A stretch of DNA of 64,000 nt from an uncultured candidatus Porisulfidus sp. (lineage in GTDB: Bacteria > Pseudomonadota > Gammaproteobacteria > Poriferisulfidales > Poriferisulfidaceae), in assembly GCA_965242985.1 (NCBI GenBank), contig OZ251520.1:860492-924491 (forward strand), written 5' to 3'. The position numbers and the translations under genes are program-made. The notes below the pieces were generated by a model, which was not told the DNA's origin, did no database searches, and saw only the letters and a program-made list of their open reading frames with translations. Below, one piece after another: positions 30,455 through 40,227 of the stretch. How positions within the stretch are numbered: the first letter of the stretch is position 1; every line of letters begins with the position of its first letter.

Positions 30455-33400
30455 ATGACCGGCGCGCGTTGCGCGCGCGGGCTGGCGGCGGCGTTGCTGG
30501 CCGCGGCGCTGCTGCCGGCGTCGCCGGCGCAGGCGCAGCACCTCGCCTATCAGGTGACCCTGAGCAAGAGCGTGATCACCGAAGGCGAGTCGGTCACGGT
30601 GGGCCTGAGCTGCACCTCGTATTGCGGCAACAACTTGATAACAACCGGCGGCGCCCAGACGGAGACGACTACCAAGGCGGATATCGCGATCAGTCCCACC
30701 ACTTACAGCAACGTTACGCTGTCCAGCAACGTGCGGCTGACCATGAACTCGAACAATTCGAGCAACCCTTGGGCGGGCACGGTGACGATTTCGACCACGG
30801 TCGACACGGCGGACACCGGGCACAGGACGGTGACGGTATCGGGGACCCAAGACCGCACTGATCCAAACAACGCGTGGGCCGGGGTGGGTACCAGCGCCAT
30901 CACCTCGGCCACGCTGACGATTCTCGACGCCCAGGCGCCGCAGGTGACGGTGTCGCTGTCGCCGGCGACGATCAACGAGAGTGGCGGAACCATAACGACG
31001 GTGGTGCAGGCGACGGTGCCGACGGGCTCCGAGCCGACCACGGCTCTGGCGGTGACGCTGTCGGCGGCGCCGGTGAGTCCGGCGACGTCGGCGGATTTCA
31101 CGACGAGCTGGTCGGGAGCCACGACGACGTTGACGATTCCGGCGAACGGCACCACCAGCGGGCTCGCGTTGATCACGGCGGTGAACAACAACCTGGACGG
31201 CCCGGAGACCAAGCAGGTGACGGTGAGGGGAGCGGTGGCGACGACCGTCGACTACCGGTCCGGCTCCGCGACGCTGACGATCAACGACGACGACATGACG
31301 GACCTGACGGTGGACCACAGCGGCGGTTCGACCACGGTGGCGGAGGGTTCGACGGCGACGGACGATTTCGAGGTGAGCCTGGCGAGCCAGCCGCGGTCGG
31401 TGGTGCAGGTGGCGGTGTCGGTGGTGAATGACTCGGACGGCACCCGCGAGTGCGAGGCGTCGGTGGACGACGGCGCGAACTACATCGCGTCCGGCAGCAC
31501 GGGGACGCTGACGTTCGTGCCGACGGCCGGCGAAATTTCGGGAGCCCAGACGGCCCTGTGGAGCACGGGGCAGAGGGTGAGGGTGCGGAGCGTGGACGAT
31601 GCCGCGGACGACGACGACCAGACATGCACGGTGCGGCTGAACCCGGCCAGCGTGCCGGCCTCGGGCGATACCAGATACCACAATTTGGCCGATGTCGACG
31701 TGTCGGTGACCGTCACCGACAACGACGTGCAGCCGACGCTGGCGCTGACGCCGCCCGCGATCGACGAGAGCGGGATGAACAACCGGGCGACGGTGACGGC
31801 GACGCTGGCGGATCCCGCGGCGTCGCGGGTGACGCTCACGGTGTCGGCGGCGCCGGTGAGTCCGGCGGTGGCGGGCGATTACAGCCTGAGCGGGAGCACG
31901 CTGACGATCGCGTCGGGCGCGACGACCAGCACGGGGACGGTGACGATCACGGCGGTGGACAACGCCGTGGACGCGGCGAACAAGACGGTGACGGTGTCGG
32001 CGACGTCGTCGGGCGGGAACACGGTGGCGCCGGCGGACGCGACGCTGACGATCCGGGACGACGACGGGCCGGGCCTGGACTTGTCGCCGACCGCGCTGTC
32101 GGTGGCCGAGCCCGGGGAGGAGGGCTCGTTCGCGGTGAATCTGGCGTCGCAGCCGACGGCGGCCGTGACGGTGACGGCGTCGCGGCCGGCGGCGGACGGC
32201 ACGGAATGCGAAGTGAAGAGCGGCGCGGGCGCGTACGGCGCCTCGACGACGTTGACGTTCACGGCCTCCACTCCGGCCACCCTGTGGAGCGCGCCGCAAA
32301 CGGTGATGGTGCGGGCCATTGACGACCCCAGCGCTGATGCCGATCAGCCGTGCGATATCACGCTGTCGGTCAGCAGCACGGACACGAACTACAACACGCT
32401 GGGGGATGAGACGGTGTCGGTGACCGTGGTGGACGACGACACGGCGGGATTGACGCTGTCGAAGACCGAAGTGTCGACCAGCGAGGACGTCGCCGACGCG
32501 GCCGCGAACGCGGACGATTTCACGGTGCGCCTGGGGACGCTGCCATCGGCGGTCGTGACGATCGCGATCAGCAGCAGCGACACGGGCGAGGCGGCGGTTT
32601 CTCCAGCGAGCCTGAGGTTCGGGACGGCGGCGGACAACAGCGACCCCGCCAACCCGGTGTTCCTGTGGAGCGATCCGCGGACGGTGACGGTGACGGGCGT
32701 GGACGACAACGACCCGGACGGCTCGCGGGACTACACGATCACGCTGAATCCGAGCAGCACGGGCGACAGCGACTACGACGGCTTGGATGACGTGCTGGTG
32801 TCGGGCACGAACGAGGACGACGACGCAGTGACGGTGACGCTGTCGGTGTCGGCGGCGGACGGGCGGCTCGCGGAGGGCGAATCGGCGGCGGTGACGGCGC
32901 GCCTCGGCCGTTCGGTGGGGGCGGTGACGACGATCCGGGTGTCGGCGGCGGCGGGGACGGGCGCGTCGGCGGCGCACTTCCGGCTGAGCGAGAACCGGAC
33001 GCTGACGGTGGCGGCGGGGTCGACGGCGAGCACGGGGACGGTGACCATCACCGCGGTGGACGACGACGTGGACGGCCCGGAGACCCGGCAGGTGACGGTG
33101 TCGGGGTCGGCGAGCGGCGGCCAGAGGGCGCTGGATCCGGACTCCTTGACGCTGACGATCGCGGACGACGACGCGGCGCCGCGGGCGTCGCTGATCTTGA
33201 CGCCAGCGGCGATCGACGAGAGCGCGCCGGACAACGAGGCGCGGGTGACGGCGGCGCTGAGCCATCCCTCGAGCATGGCGACGACGGTGGCGGTGTCGGC
33301 CGCGGCCGGGGCGACGGTGGGCGCAGACAACGTCCTCTCGATCCCCGCGGGGGCGACGGCGAGCGCGGATGCGGTGACGCTGACGGCGGTGGACGACGAG

Positions 33401-34837
33401 GAGCAGACGCCGGACCGGGAGGTGGCGGTGTCGGGGCGGGCGCGGAACGCGCACGGCGTCGAGCAGCCGGCCGCGGTGACGCTGACCATCCGCGATGACG
33501 ACGGCGCGGAGGCGGTGACGGCGGTGCTGCTGCCGGAGGCGGCGCGGGCGATGGCGGACAGCCGGGCGGGCGCGGTGCGGCGGCGGCTGGAGAGCGCGGA
33601 CGCGGCGGAGGCGTCGGCGCCGCCGGCGCTGATGGCATTGCTGACGGAGCACGGCCCGTCGCTGCAGAAAGACGAACTGGACTGGAAGACGGCGCTGGCG
33701 GGGTCGTCGTTCGCGCTGCCGCTGAACGCGGCCGGCGAGAGCGGCGGCGGCGTGGCCGTGTGGGGAAGCGGCGACTACGCGAACTTGGACGGCGAGGCGC
33801 GCGGGGTGTCGTGGGACGGCGACGTCGTGAGCGCGCATCTCGGCTTGGACCGGAAACTGGCGAACGGTCTGCGCGTCGGCTTGGCGGCGTCGTGGTCGGA
33901 GGCGAAGTTCGACTACCGGCACGAGGGCCGCGAAGGCGAGTGGGAGCTGGAGATGACCAGCGCGCAGCCGTACCTGGGCTGGACGACGCCGGGCGGCTTG
34001 GAGTTGTGGGCCTCGGCGGGCGCGGGCAGCGGCGACCTGGAGATCGCCGCCGGCGGAACGGCGCGGGAGAAATCGGACGCGGACATGTGGCTGGCGGCGG
34101 CCGGGGCGCGGGGGCCGCTGCACGAGACGGAAAGCGGCTTGCAGGTGTCGCTGCGCGGCGAGGCGCTGTATTCGAGTTTCGAGGTGGACGGCAACGACGG
34201 GCGCATCCAGGCCTACACGGCGGACGCCTCAAGGCTGCGGCTGGCGCTGGAGGCGCGGCGGGACCGCGTGCTGGCGTCGGGGGCGCGGCTTTCGCCGCGG
34301 TTCGAGCTGGGGCTGCGGCACGACGGCGGCGACGGCGAGACCGGCGCGGGGGTGGAGCTGGGCGGCGGCGCGGAGTACGCGTCGGGCCGGCTGACGGCAT
34401 CGGGCGGGGCGCGGGTTCTGGCGGCGAATTCGGACTACGACGAGTGGGGCGCGGACTTGGCGCTGGCGTACGCGCCGGGCGCGGACGGGCGGGGCTTCTC
34501 GTTCCGGCTGTCGCCGTCGTGGGGTACTGCGCAGAGCGGCGCGCAAAAACTGTGGGAACAGGGCGCGCCGGGGCTGAGCGGCACTGCGGACGAGGCCGAC
34601 CTCGGCGGCCGCCTGGAGGCGGAGCTGGGCTACGGACTGAAGTCGCCGTGGAGCCGCGGGCTGCTGAGGCTGACGCTGGGCGGCGAAGCGGGCGAGGACG
34701 CGGGCGCGGCCTGCCGCCTGAAAGGCGCGGTGGCGCTGGACGCGACGGCCAGCCTGGGGCTGGAGCTGGAGGTGCGCGACCCGCCGTCGGGCGGCGCCGA
34801 GCGCAGCCTGATGGCGACCGGCGAACTGCGCTTCTAG
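30455..34837 (+). CDS. Giant Calx-beta-repeat autotransporter (intact)
   Basis: Signal peptide MTGARCARGLAAALLAAALLPASPAQA. About 12 Calx-beta-like ~100-aa repeats (…TLTI(R/A)DDD…). C-terminal ~420-aa autotransporter beta-domain (WGSGDY..., terminal F). C-terminal 500 aa ~85% identical to the gene-1 tail. Confidence 0.8.
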   Translation: MTGARCARGLAAALLAAALLPASPAQAQHLAYQVTLSKSVITEGESVTVGLSCTSYCGNNLITTGGAQTETTTKADIAISPTTYSNVTLSSNVRLTMNSNNSSNPWAGTVTISTTVDTADTGHRTVTVSGTQDRTDPNNAWAGVGTSAITSATLTILDAQAPQVTVSLSPATINESGGTITTVVQATVPTGSEPTTALAVTLSAAPVSPATSADFTTSWSGATTTLTIPANGTTSGLALITAVNNNLDGPETKQVTVRGAVATTVDYRSGSATLTINDDDMTDLTVDHSGGSTTVAEGSTATDDFEVSLASQPRSVVQVAVSVVNDSDGTRECEASVDDGANYIASGSTGTLTFVPTAGEISGAQTALWSTGQRVRVRSVDDAADDDDQTCTVRLNPASVPASGDTRYHNLADVDVSVTVTDNDVQPTLALTPPAIDESGMNNRATVTATLADPAASRVTLTVSAAPVSPAVAGDYSLSGSTLTIASGATTSTGTVTITAVDNAVDAANKTVTVSATSSGGNTVAPADATLTIRDDDGPGLDLSPTALSVAEPGEEGSFAVNLASQPTAAVTVTASRPAADGTECEVKSGAGAYGASTTLTFTASTPATLWSAPQTVMVRAIDDPSADADQPCDITLSVSSTDTNYNTLGDETVSVTVVDDDTAGLTLSKTEVSTSEDVADAAANADDFTVRLGTLPSAVVTIAISSSDTGEAAVSPASLRFGTAADNSDPANPVFLWSDPRTVTVTGVDDNDPDGSRDYTITLNPSSTGDSDYDGLDDVLVSGTNEDDDAVTVTLSVSAADGRLAEGESAAVTARLGRSVGAVTTIRVSAAAGTGASAAHFRLSENRTLTVAAGSTASTGTVTITAVDDDVDGPETRQVTVSGSASGGQRALDPDSLTLTIADDDAAPRASLILTPAAIDESAPDNEARVTAALSHPSSMATTVAVSAAAGATVGADNVLSIPAGATASADAVTLTAVDDEEQTPDREVAVSGRARNAHGVEQPAAVTLTIRDDDGAEAVTAVLLPEAARAMADSRAGAVRRRLESADAAEASAPPALMALLTEHGPSLQKDELDWKTALAGSSFALPLNAAGESGGGVAVWGSGDYANLDGEARGVSWDGDVVSAHLGLDRKLANGLRVGLAASWSEAKFDYRHEGREGEWELEMTSAQPYLGWTTPGGLELWASAGAGSGDLEIAAGGTAREKSDADMWLAAAGARGPLHETESGLQVSLRGEALYSSFEVDGNDGRIQAYTADASRLRLALEARRDRVLASGARLSPRFELGLRHDGGDGETGAGVELGGGAEYASGRLTASGGARVLAANSDYDEWGADLALAYAPGADGRGFSFRLSPSWGTAQSGAQKLWEQGAPGLSGTADEADLGGRLEAELGYGLKSPWSRGLLRLTLGGEAGEDAGAACRLKGAVALDATASLGLELEVRDPPSGGAERSLMATGELRF

Positions 34838-34966
34838 GCGCGGGCGAACCGGCCGGCGGGGCGTCCGCCGCCCGGAGCGAGCCGGCGCGCCGGAATCCGG
34901 AATCCGCCGGCGTGACGCGCGGAATTGACAGCCGCCCGCCCGGCGGTGCACAATACGCGCCCGCGT

Positions 34967-35042
<76 letters not shown>

Positions 35043-35114
35043 CGAACTGGCCGCTGACCCGCCCGCGGGGCCGCGGCCCGACGACATTTTCCCGGACGGC
35101 GGGACGAGACGCCC

Positions 35115-35795
35115 ATGAGCACCATCGATTTCGACCTGCATGCGCGGCCGCGCGCGCAGACCGGCAGCGCCGCGATGCGGCGGCTGCGCCGCGCCGGCAA
35201 GGTGCCGGGCGTGGTCTACGGCGCCGGCGGCGGCGCCACGGCCATCGCCTTGGCGCACAAGGAGCTGGCGCGCCACTTGGAGCACGAGAGCTTCTATTCG
35301 CACATCCTGACCCTGCACTTGGACGGCGGCCAGGAGCAGGTGGTGCTGCGCGGCGTGCAGCGCCACCCGGTGCGCGCCGAGGTGCTGCACGTCGACCTGT
35401 TGCGGGTGCGCCGGGACGAGAAGATCCGCATGCTGGTGCCGCTGCACTTCCTCGGCGAGGACGAGGCGCCGGGCGTGCGCCAGCAGAGCGGCCTGGTGAG
35501 CCACCTGATGACCGAGGCCGAAGTGTCCTGCCTGCCGTCGCAGCTGCCGGAATTCCTGCCGGTGGACGTGTCCGGGCTGCACATCGGCGAGCCGGTGCAC
35601 CTGTCGGCGCTGGAGCTGCCGGAGGGGGTGGAGCTGGTCGCCCTCGAGCACGGCCAGGATCCCGCCGTCGTGATCATCAACGTCCGCCGCGAGCAGATCG
35701 AGCCGGAGGAAGAGGAGGCCGCCGCGGACGAAGAGGCGGAGGCTGAGGAGCAGGCGGACGGCGAGGCGGCCGATTCCGACGCGCAGGAATCCTGA
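35115..35795 (+). CDS. rplY: 50S ribosomal protein L25 / general stress protein Ctc
   Basis: L25/Ctc N-domain plus acidic C-terminal tail. Confidence 0.85.
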   Translation: MSTIDFDLHARPRAQTGSAAMRRLRRAGKVPGVVYGAGGGATAIALAHKELARHLEHESFYSHILTLHLDGGQEQVVLRGVQRHPVRAEVLHVDLLRVRRDEKIRMLVPLHFLGEDEAPGVRQQSGLVSHLMTEAEVSCLPSQLPEFLPVDVSGLHIGEPVHLSALELPEGVELVALEHGQDPAVVIINVRREQIEPEEEEAAADEEAEAEEQADGEAADSDAQES

Positions 35796-35808
35796 CTCGG
35801 CCCGGATC

Positions 35809-36408
35809 ATGACGGCTCCGGGCGACGCGGTTCGGCTGGTCGCGGGCCTGGGCAATCCCGGCGCCCGCTACGCGGACACCCGGCACAACGCCGGCGCTTG
35901 GTGGGCGCGGCTGCTGGCCGAGCGCGCCGGCGCGGCGCTGCAGGCGTCCCGCGCCGCCGGCGGCGCGACCGCCGTGCTGGATTTGGCCGGCGTCCCGCTG
36001 CGCCTGCTGGTGCCGGCCGCCTACGTCAACGTCAGCGGCGCCCCGGTCGCGGCCGCCTGCCGCTACTACCGCATTCCGCCGGCCGCCCTGCTGGTCGCGC
36101 ACGACGACATCGACCTGCCGTGCGGCGCGGTGCGGCTCAAGTTCGGCGGCGGCTCCGGCGGCCACAAGGGCCTGCGCGACGTGGCGCGGCTGCTGGGGCC
36201 GGAGTTCTGGCGGCTGCGGCTGGGGGTCGGCCGCCCCGAGCGCGCCGCGCAGGTGGAGGCGTACGTGCTGCGCGCGCCGGCGGCGGCCGAGCGCGCCCGG
36301 ATCGACGCGGCGCTGGCGCGCGCCGCGGCCGAATTGCCGGCGCTGGCGCGCGGCGAGCGCGAGGCGGTCATGAACCGGCTGCACGGGCCGGAGCCGGAGG
36401 CGGCGTGA
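35809..36408 (+). CDS. pth: Peptidyl-tRNA hydrolase
   Basis: LVAGLGNPGARYADTRHNAG... signature. Confidence 0.9.
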   Translation: MTAPGDAVRLVAGLGNPGARYADTRHNAGAWWARLLAERAGAALQASRAAGGATAVLDLAGVPLRLLVPAAYVNVSGAPVAAACRYYRIPPAALLVAHDDIDLPCGAVRLKFGGGSGGHKGLRDVARLLGPEFWRLRLGVGRPERAAQVEAYVLRAPAAAERARIDAALARAAAELPALARGEREAVMNRLHGPEPEAA

Positions 36409-37499
36409 GCCTGCGCTGCGGCATCGTCGGCCTGCCCAACGTCGGCAAATCGACGCTGTTCAACGCGCTGACCCAAGCCGGCGCCGCGGCCGCGAACTAT
36501 CCGTTCTGCACCATCGAGCCGAACCTGGGCGCGGTGCCGGTGCCGGATCCGCGCCTGGACGAGCTGGCGCGGCTCGCCGGCTCGGCGCGGACGCTGCCGG
36601 CGACGGTGGAGTTCGTCGACATCGCCGGGCTGGTCGCCGGCGCCTCGCGCGGCGAGGGCCTCGGCAACCAGTTCCTCGCGCACATCCGCGAGGCCGACGC
36701 GGTGGCGCAGGTGGCGCGCTGCTTCGACGACCCGGACATCGCGCACGTGGACGGCTCGGTGGATCCGGCGCGCGACTGCGAGACGGTGCTCACCGAGCTG
36801 CTGCTGGCGGACCTGGGCACGGTCGAGCGCGCCTTGGAGCGGCTGCGCCGCCAGGCCAAGGCCGGCGACAAGGAGGCGCGGGCGCGGGGCGAGCGGCTGG
36901 AGCAGGTGCGCGGCGGGCTCGACGCGGGGACGCCGGCGCGCGCGCAGGAGCTGGATGAGGCGGGCGCGGCGGCGATCCGCGACCTGTGCCTGCTGACCGC
37001 CAAGCCGATGCTGTACATCGCCAACGTCGGCGAGGCGGAGCGCGGCGGCGGCGGCGCGGCGTTCGGCGCGCTCGCGGACTACGCCGCCGGGAAAGGCGGC
37101 GAGGTGGTGCCGGTGTGCGCGGCGCTGGAGGCGGAGCTGGCGCAGCTGGACGGCGGCGACCGGGCCGAGTTCCTGGCCGACCTGGGGCTCGAGGCGCCCG
37201 GCCTCGACCGGGTGGTCCGGGCCGGCTACCGGCTGCTGGACCTGCGCACCTACTTCACCGCCGGGCCGAAGGAGGCGCGCGCCTGGAGCATCCGCAGCGG
37301 CATGTGCGCGCCGCAGGCGGCCGGGACGATCCACACCGACTTCGAGCGCGGCTTCATCTGCGCCGAGGTGATCGCCTACGAGGACTATCTCGTCTGCGGC
37401 GGCGAGGCGGCGGCGCGCGCCGCCGGCAAGTGCCGCGCCGAGGGCCGGGAATACGAGGTGCGGGAAGGGGACGTGATCCACTTCCGCTTCAACGTCTGA
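36405..37499 (+). CDS. ychF: Ribosome-binding ATPase YchF
   Basis: GTG start overlapping the pth stop. CGIVGLPNVGKSTLFNALT P-loop. pth-ychF synteny. Confidence 0.85.
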   Translation: MSLRCGIVGLPNVGKSTLFNALTQAGAAAANYPFCTIEPNLGAVPVPDPRLDELARLAGSARTLPATVEFVDIAGLVAGASRGEGLGNQFLAHIREADAVAQVARCFDDPDIAHVDGSVDPARDCETVLTELLLADLGTVERALERLRRQAKAGDKEARARGERLEQVRGGLDAGTPARAQELDEAGAAAIRDLCLLTAKPMLYIANVGEAERGGGGAAFGALADYAAGKGGEVVPVCAALEAELAQLDGGDRAEFLADLGLEAPGLDRVVRAGYRLLDLRTYFTAGPKEARAWSIRSGMCAPQAAGTIHTDFERGFICAEVIAYEDYLVCGGEAAARAAGKCRAEGREYEVREGDVIHFRFNV

Positions 37500-37528
37500 G
37501 GACGCCGCCCGCCGCCGGCCGTCCGGTG

Positions 37529-38143
37529 CTAGCGGCGCCCGCCTTCCCGGATCCGCGCCGGCAGGGAAAGGCACTGCCGGGCGCGGTCTTTCCCGATCAG
37601 GGCGAGCGTTTTCTCGTGGTATTCCTCGGGAACTTTCATGCGTCCCAGGCGCAGGGCGTTGTAGACGGCTTGCGCTTGTCCCCCGCGGCCGAGGGCGGTT
37701 TCCGCCTGCCGGCAGGTCAGGATGTCCATCGTGCTCGCCGTCGGCAGGCGCGGGAAGCGTTCCCTGCAGATCCTCAGGCCCTTGCTTTCGTCGATCACCG
37801 CCGCCCCGCCGCGTTCCAGCGCGCAAGCGATGACGGCGGCTTCGCCGTCGTCTAAGGATCTTTCGGTCAGGTCGTTGAAGTGCCGCAGGCCGATTTCTCT
37901 CAAGGCCGCGACTGCGAGCATTCCCCGTTTCGTCCAAGCGGGAAAATCGCTGGCGCGCACTGCGCCCTTTTCTTGTCCCACCTCGAATTCCTGCAGCACC
38001 TCTTCGACGATCATGAGGATGCCCGGCAACGCCGCCAGAAGTTCCTCGAAGCTTCCCGTCGCGCAGAGATTGATGAGGACGCTGGTGTCGACGACCAGCG
38101 GCCCCGCGAAGTCAGGCAGCGAGTTCCAGCGCGTCATCCGCAT
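37529..38143 (-). CDS. PIN-domain protein (putative toxin/RNase)
   Basis: LVVDTSVLINL N-terminal PIN motif. 32-nt overlap with the upstream XRE/ImmA gene. Confidence 0.6.
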   Translation of the reverse strand: MRMTRWNSLPDFAGPLVVDTSVLINLCATGSFEELLAALPGILMIVEEVLQEFEVGQEKGAVRASDFPAWTKRGMLAVAALREIGLRHFNDLTERSLDDGEAAVIACALERGGAAVIDESKGLRICRERFPRLPTASTMDILTCRQAETALGRGGQAQAVYNALRLGRMKVPEEYHEKTLALIGKDRARQCLSLPARIREGGRR

Positions 38144-39287
38144 CCCCTCGTTCGGCTTCCATGCCGATCAGCATGTCGCGCAATTCGATGCGCTTGAGGT
38201 TCAGCAGGCGCGCCAGTTGCCCCTCGCTCAGTAGTTCTTTCTCCCACGCCTCCAGCGCCATCAATCCGAGGCGCAACGGAACGATGCGGTCCGCGTCCGT
38301 CTTGATCGCGTTCTCCGCAGCAAGGTCATTGGCAATTTCCCGAGCCGGTTCGCTGCCGCCGCTGGCGCTTTCCGTGAACCACTTCCAAGTGCCGACCGGG
38401 GCCAGCGAAAGTTCTTCGAGCTGCAGCGCCATCGCTTCCGGCGGCACGCCGAATTCGCTCGCCAGCAGCGCGACATGCTGTCGCGTGAGTTTCGACATCC
38501 CTGCTACGGTCTGGCGGAACTGGCGTTCCATCGCCCGCAGCGGCATCAGGAAAGTCTTGGCGAACGCGTCGGCGTAGCGTCCCGGCCGCGAAGCGTCGCG
38601 GCCGTTCCGGTACAGCACGTCCGGCTGCCGCCGGTTCGACACGAAATGCCCCAGTTCGCGGGCGCAGGCGAACGCGCGCCGGTCCGGCGGGTGGTTCGCG
38701 TTCAGGAGCAGGCAGCCGCCGACCCGTTCGCGGTAGGCGAACAGCCCGGACAGCCGGGTGTCGATCCGCCGCGTATGGACGCGCATGCCGAATTCCAGTT
38801 TCAGAACGGCTTCCGGGTCGCGCACCGGCGCCATGCCGAGGCCCAGCCGCTGCCGGAGCTCGGTGGCATCTTCCGCGGCTTGGGCGCGCACGTCCGCGCC
38901 GGCCAACAGCGGCCGTTCCGGCGGCGCGCTGTGCGCGTGCTCGATGCCCAGCACGTTCTCCAGTTCCGCTTCCGCCTGCACCAGCACCGTCAGCAGTTTG
39001 GCCGCTTCGTGCGCTTGGCGGTCCCGGGGCGCGTGCCGACGGAACTCGGAGATCAGGTCGACATGCACCGCTTCGGCGCGTCGCAGAGCGTTGACCGATG
39101 TCTGGTACAGCCGCGCCAATTGCTGGAGTTCCGCCAGTTGGATGCGGCGCCGGCCCTGTTCAATGGCGACCAGGGTCGTGCGCGCGACCCGGATGCGGGC
39201 CGCCGCGTCCGCCTGCGTGATTTGCTCCGCTTCCCGGGCGCAGCGCAGCCGGGCGCCGAGCTCCTCGGGGGTGATGGGGGAATGCAT
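38112..39287 (-). CDS. XRE-family HTH + ImmA/IrrE-type zinc metallopeptidase fusion protein
   Basis: N-terminal HTH (LRCAREAEQITQADAAARIRVARTTLVAIEQGRR), central HEXXH-like ARELGHFV (DUF955/ImmA). Start taken at MHSPIT; the ORF track extends further upstream to 39491. Confidence 0.6.
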   Translation of the reverse strand: MHSPITPEELGARLRCAREAEQITQADAAARIRVARTTLVAIEQGRRRIQLAELQQLARLYQTSVNALRRAEAVHVDLISEFRRHAPRDRQAHEAAKLLTVLVQAEAELENVLGIEHAHSAPPERPLLAGADVRAQAAEDATELRQRLGLGMAPVRDPEAVLKLEFGMRVHTRRIDTRLSGLFAYRERVGGCLLLNANHPPDRRAFACARELGHFVSNRRQPDVLYRNGRDASRPGRYADAFAKTFLMPLRAMERQFRQTVAGMSKLTRQHVALLASEFGVPPEAMALQLEELSLAPVGTWKWFTESASGGSEPAREIANDLAAENAIKTDADRIVPLRLGLMALEAWEKELLSEGQLARLLNLKRIELRDMLIGMEAERGDADDALELAA

Positions 39288-39489
39288 GCGCGGTCCCTTG
39301 CAGTTGATGTCAGGATAGATGCAGGAAGAATCATAACATGTTGGAAAAACGCGGGTATCAGGGAAACCGCCGCAGTACGCCGAGTGTTCCGCATCCTCGC
39401 GGCGGCGCGTCATGTCGGAGTCCTGCGGAGTCTGATCCCGCGGCAGCTGGTATGCTGGAATCCCATCCTCGGAGACCACGCGGAAGAGC

Positions 39490-39984
39490 ATGTCCGTCTA
39501 TTTCGTGCGGGCCAAATCCGGCCGGCTGTTTTCGGCGTTCATGGAGCGGGGCGTCGTCGCGCTGGGCGGACTTACCGATGCGCCCGACATCGGCGACCTG
39601 CGGCGGCACCTGGATAGCCGCGAGGCTTTGTGCGCGCGCGTCCGGGAATGGAGTCCGAATCGAGGGAAGCGCGAGACGAACTACACGACCCGGGTCCTGT
39701 GGCTGCTGGCGGGGGAAATGCAGGTCGGAGACTGGGCGCTGACGTACGACGGGCAGGGTTCCTACGCGCTCGGCGCAGTCACCGGCGAGTACCGGTATGA
39801 GCCGGCATGGGATGAAGAGCCGTTGCGCCACCCGCATGCGCGGGACGTGGCTTGGCGGGAGGAGCGGATTCCGCGGGCGGCGCTGTCGTCGCAGACGCAA
39901 CAGGAGCTGAGTCGGCACGATTCCATCATCGGGCTGAACTACGCGGCGAGCCGCGAGGTCTTGGAGCGGGCGGGCGCGGCCTGA
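39490..39984 (+). CDS. Hypothetical protein (164 aa), divergent from the ImmA-like gene
   Basis: ORF with no family assignable by eye (MSVYFVRAKSGRLFSAFMERGVVALGG...). Confidence 0.35.
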   Translation: MSVYFVRAKSGRLFSAFMERGVVALGGLTDAPDIGDLRRHLDSREALCARVREWSPNRGKRETNYTTRVLWLLAGEMQVGDWALTYDGQGSYALGAVTGEYRYEPAWDEEPLRHPHARDVAWREERIPRAALSSQTQQELSRHDSIIGLNYAASREVLERAGAA

Positions 39985-40017
39985 TCCCCGGCGGCGGCGT
40001 CCCAGTCCGTTCGCTGG

Positions 40018-40056
40018 TATGATGAATGCCGGAAGCGGGCCGGACAGCCGCCGCCT
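40018..40056 (+). repeat. Direct repeat, left copy (duplicated rnpB promoter/5' end, attL-like)
   Basis: gtatgatgaatgccggaagcgggccggacagccgccgcct. Its counterpart at 42009-42047 is ctatgatgcctgccggaagcgggccggacagccgccgcct. Confidence 0.65.
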
Positions 40057-40227
40057 TGGAAGTTGGCCGCAATGGAAAGCGTAAAGCCGGGGTGTTCCAG
40101 ATGTCTGCTTTTTCGCGTCCGGGGAAAACAATTCATTTTGGAGTCTCGAACTGAGGATCTGCTCAAGAATTTCAGTGTGAAATCTGAATTGCCTGATGGG
40201 AAAACCTCTTCCCATCAATAGCATTAG

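Noticed and set aside
30374-34123. 1249-aa minus-strand ORF antisense to the intact autotransporter
   Set aside because: Same GC-driven shadow-ORF artefact.
35898-37499. 533-aa ORF fusing the pth region with ychF
   Set aside because: An alternative-frame read-through of pth. The real YchF starts at the GTG at 36405 (VSLRCGIVGLPNVGKST), consistent with pth being in the other frame.
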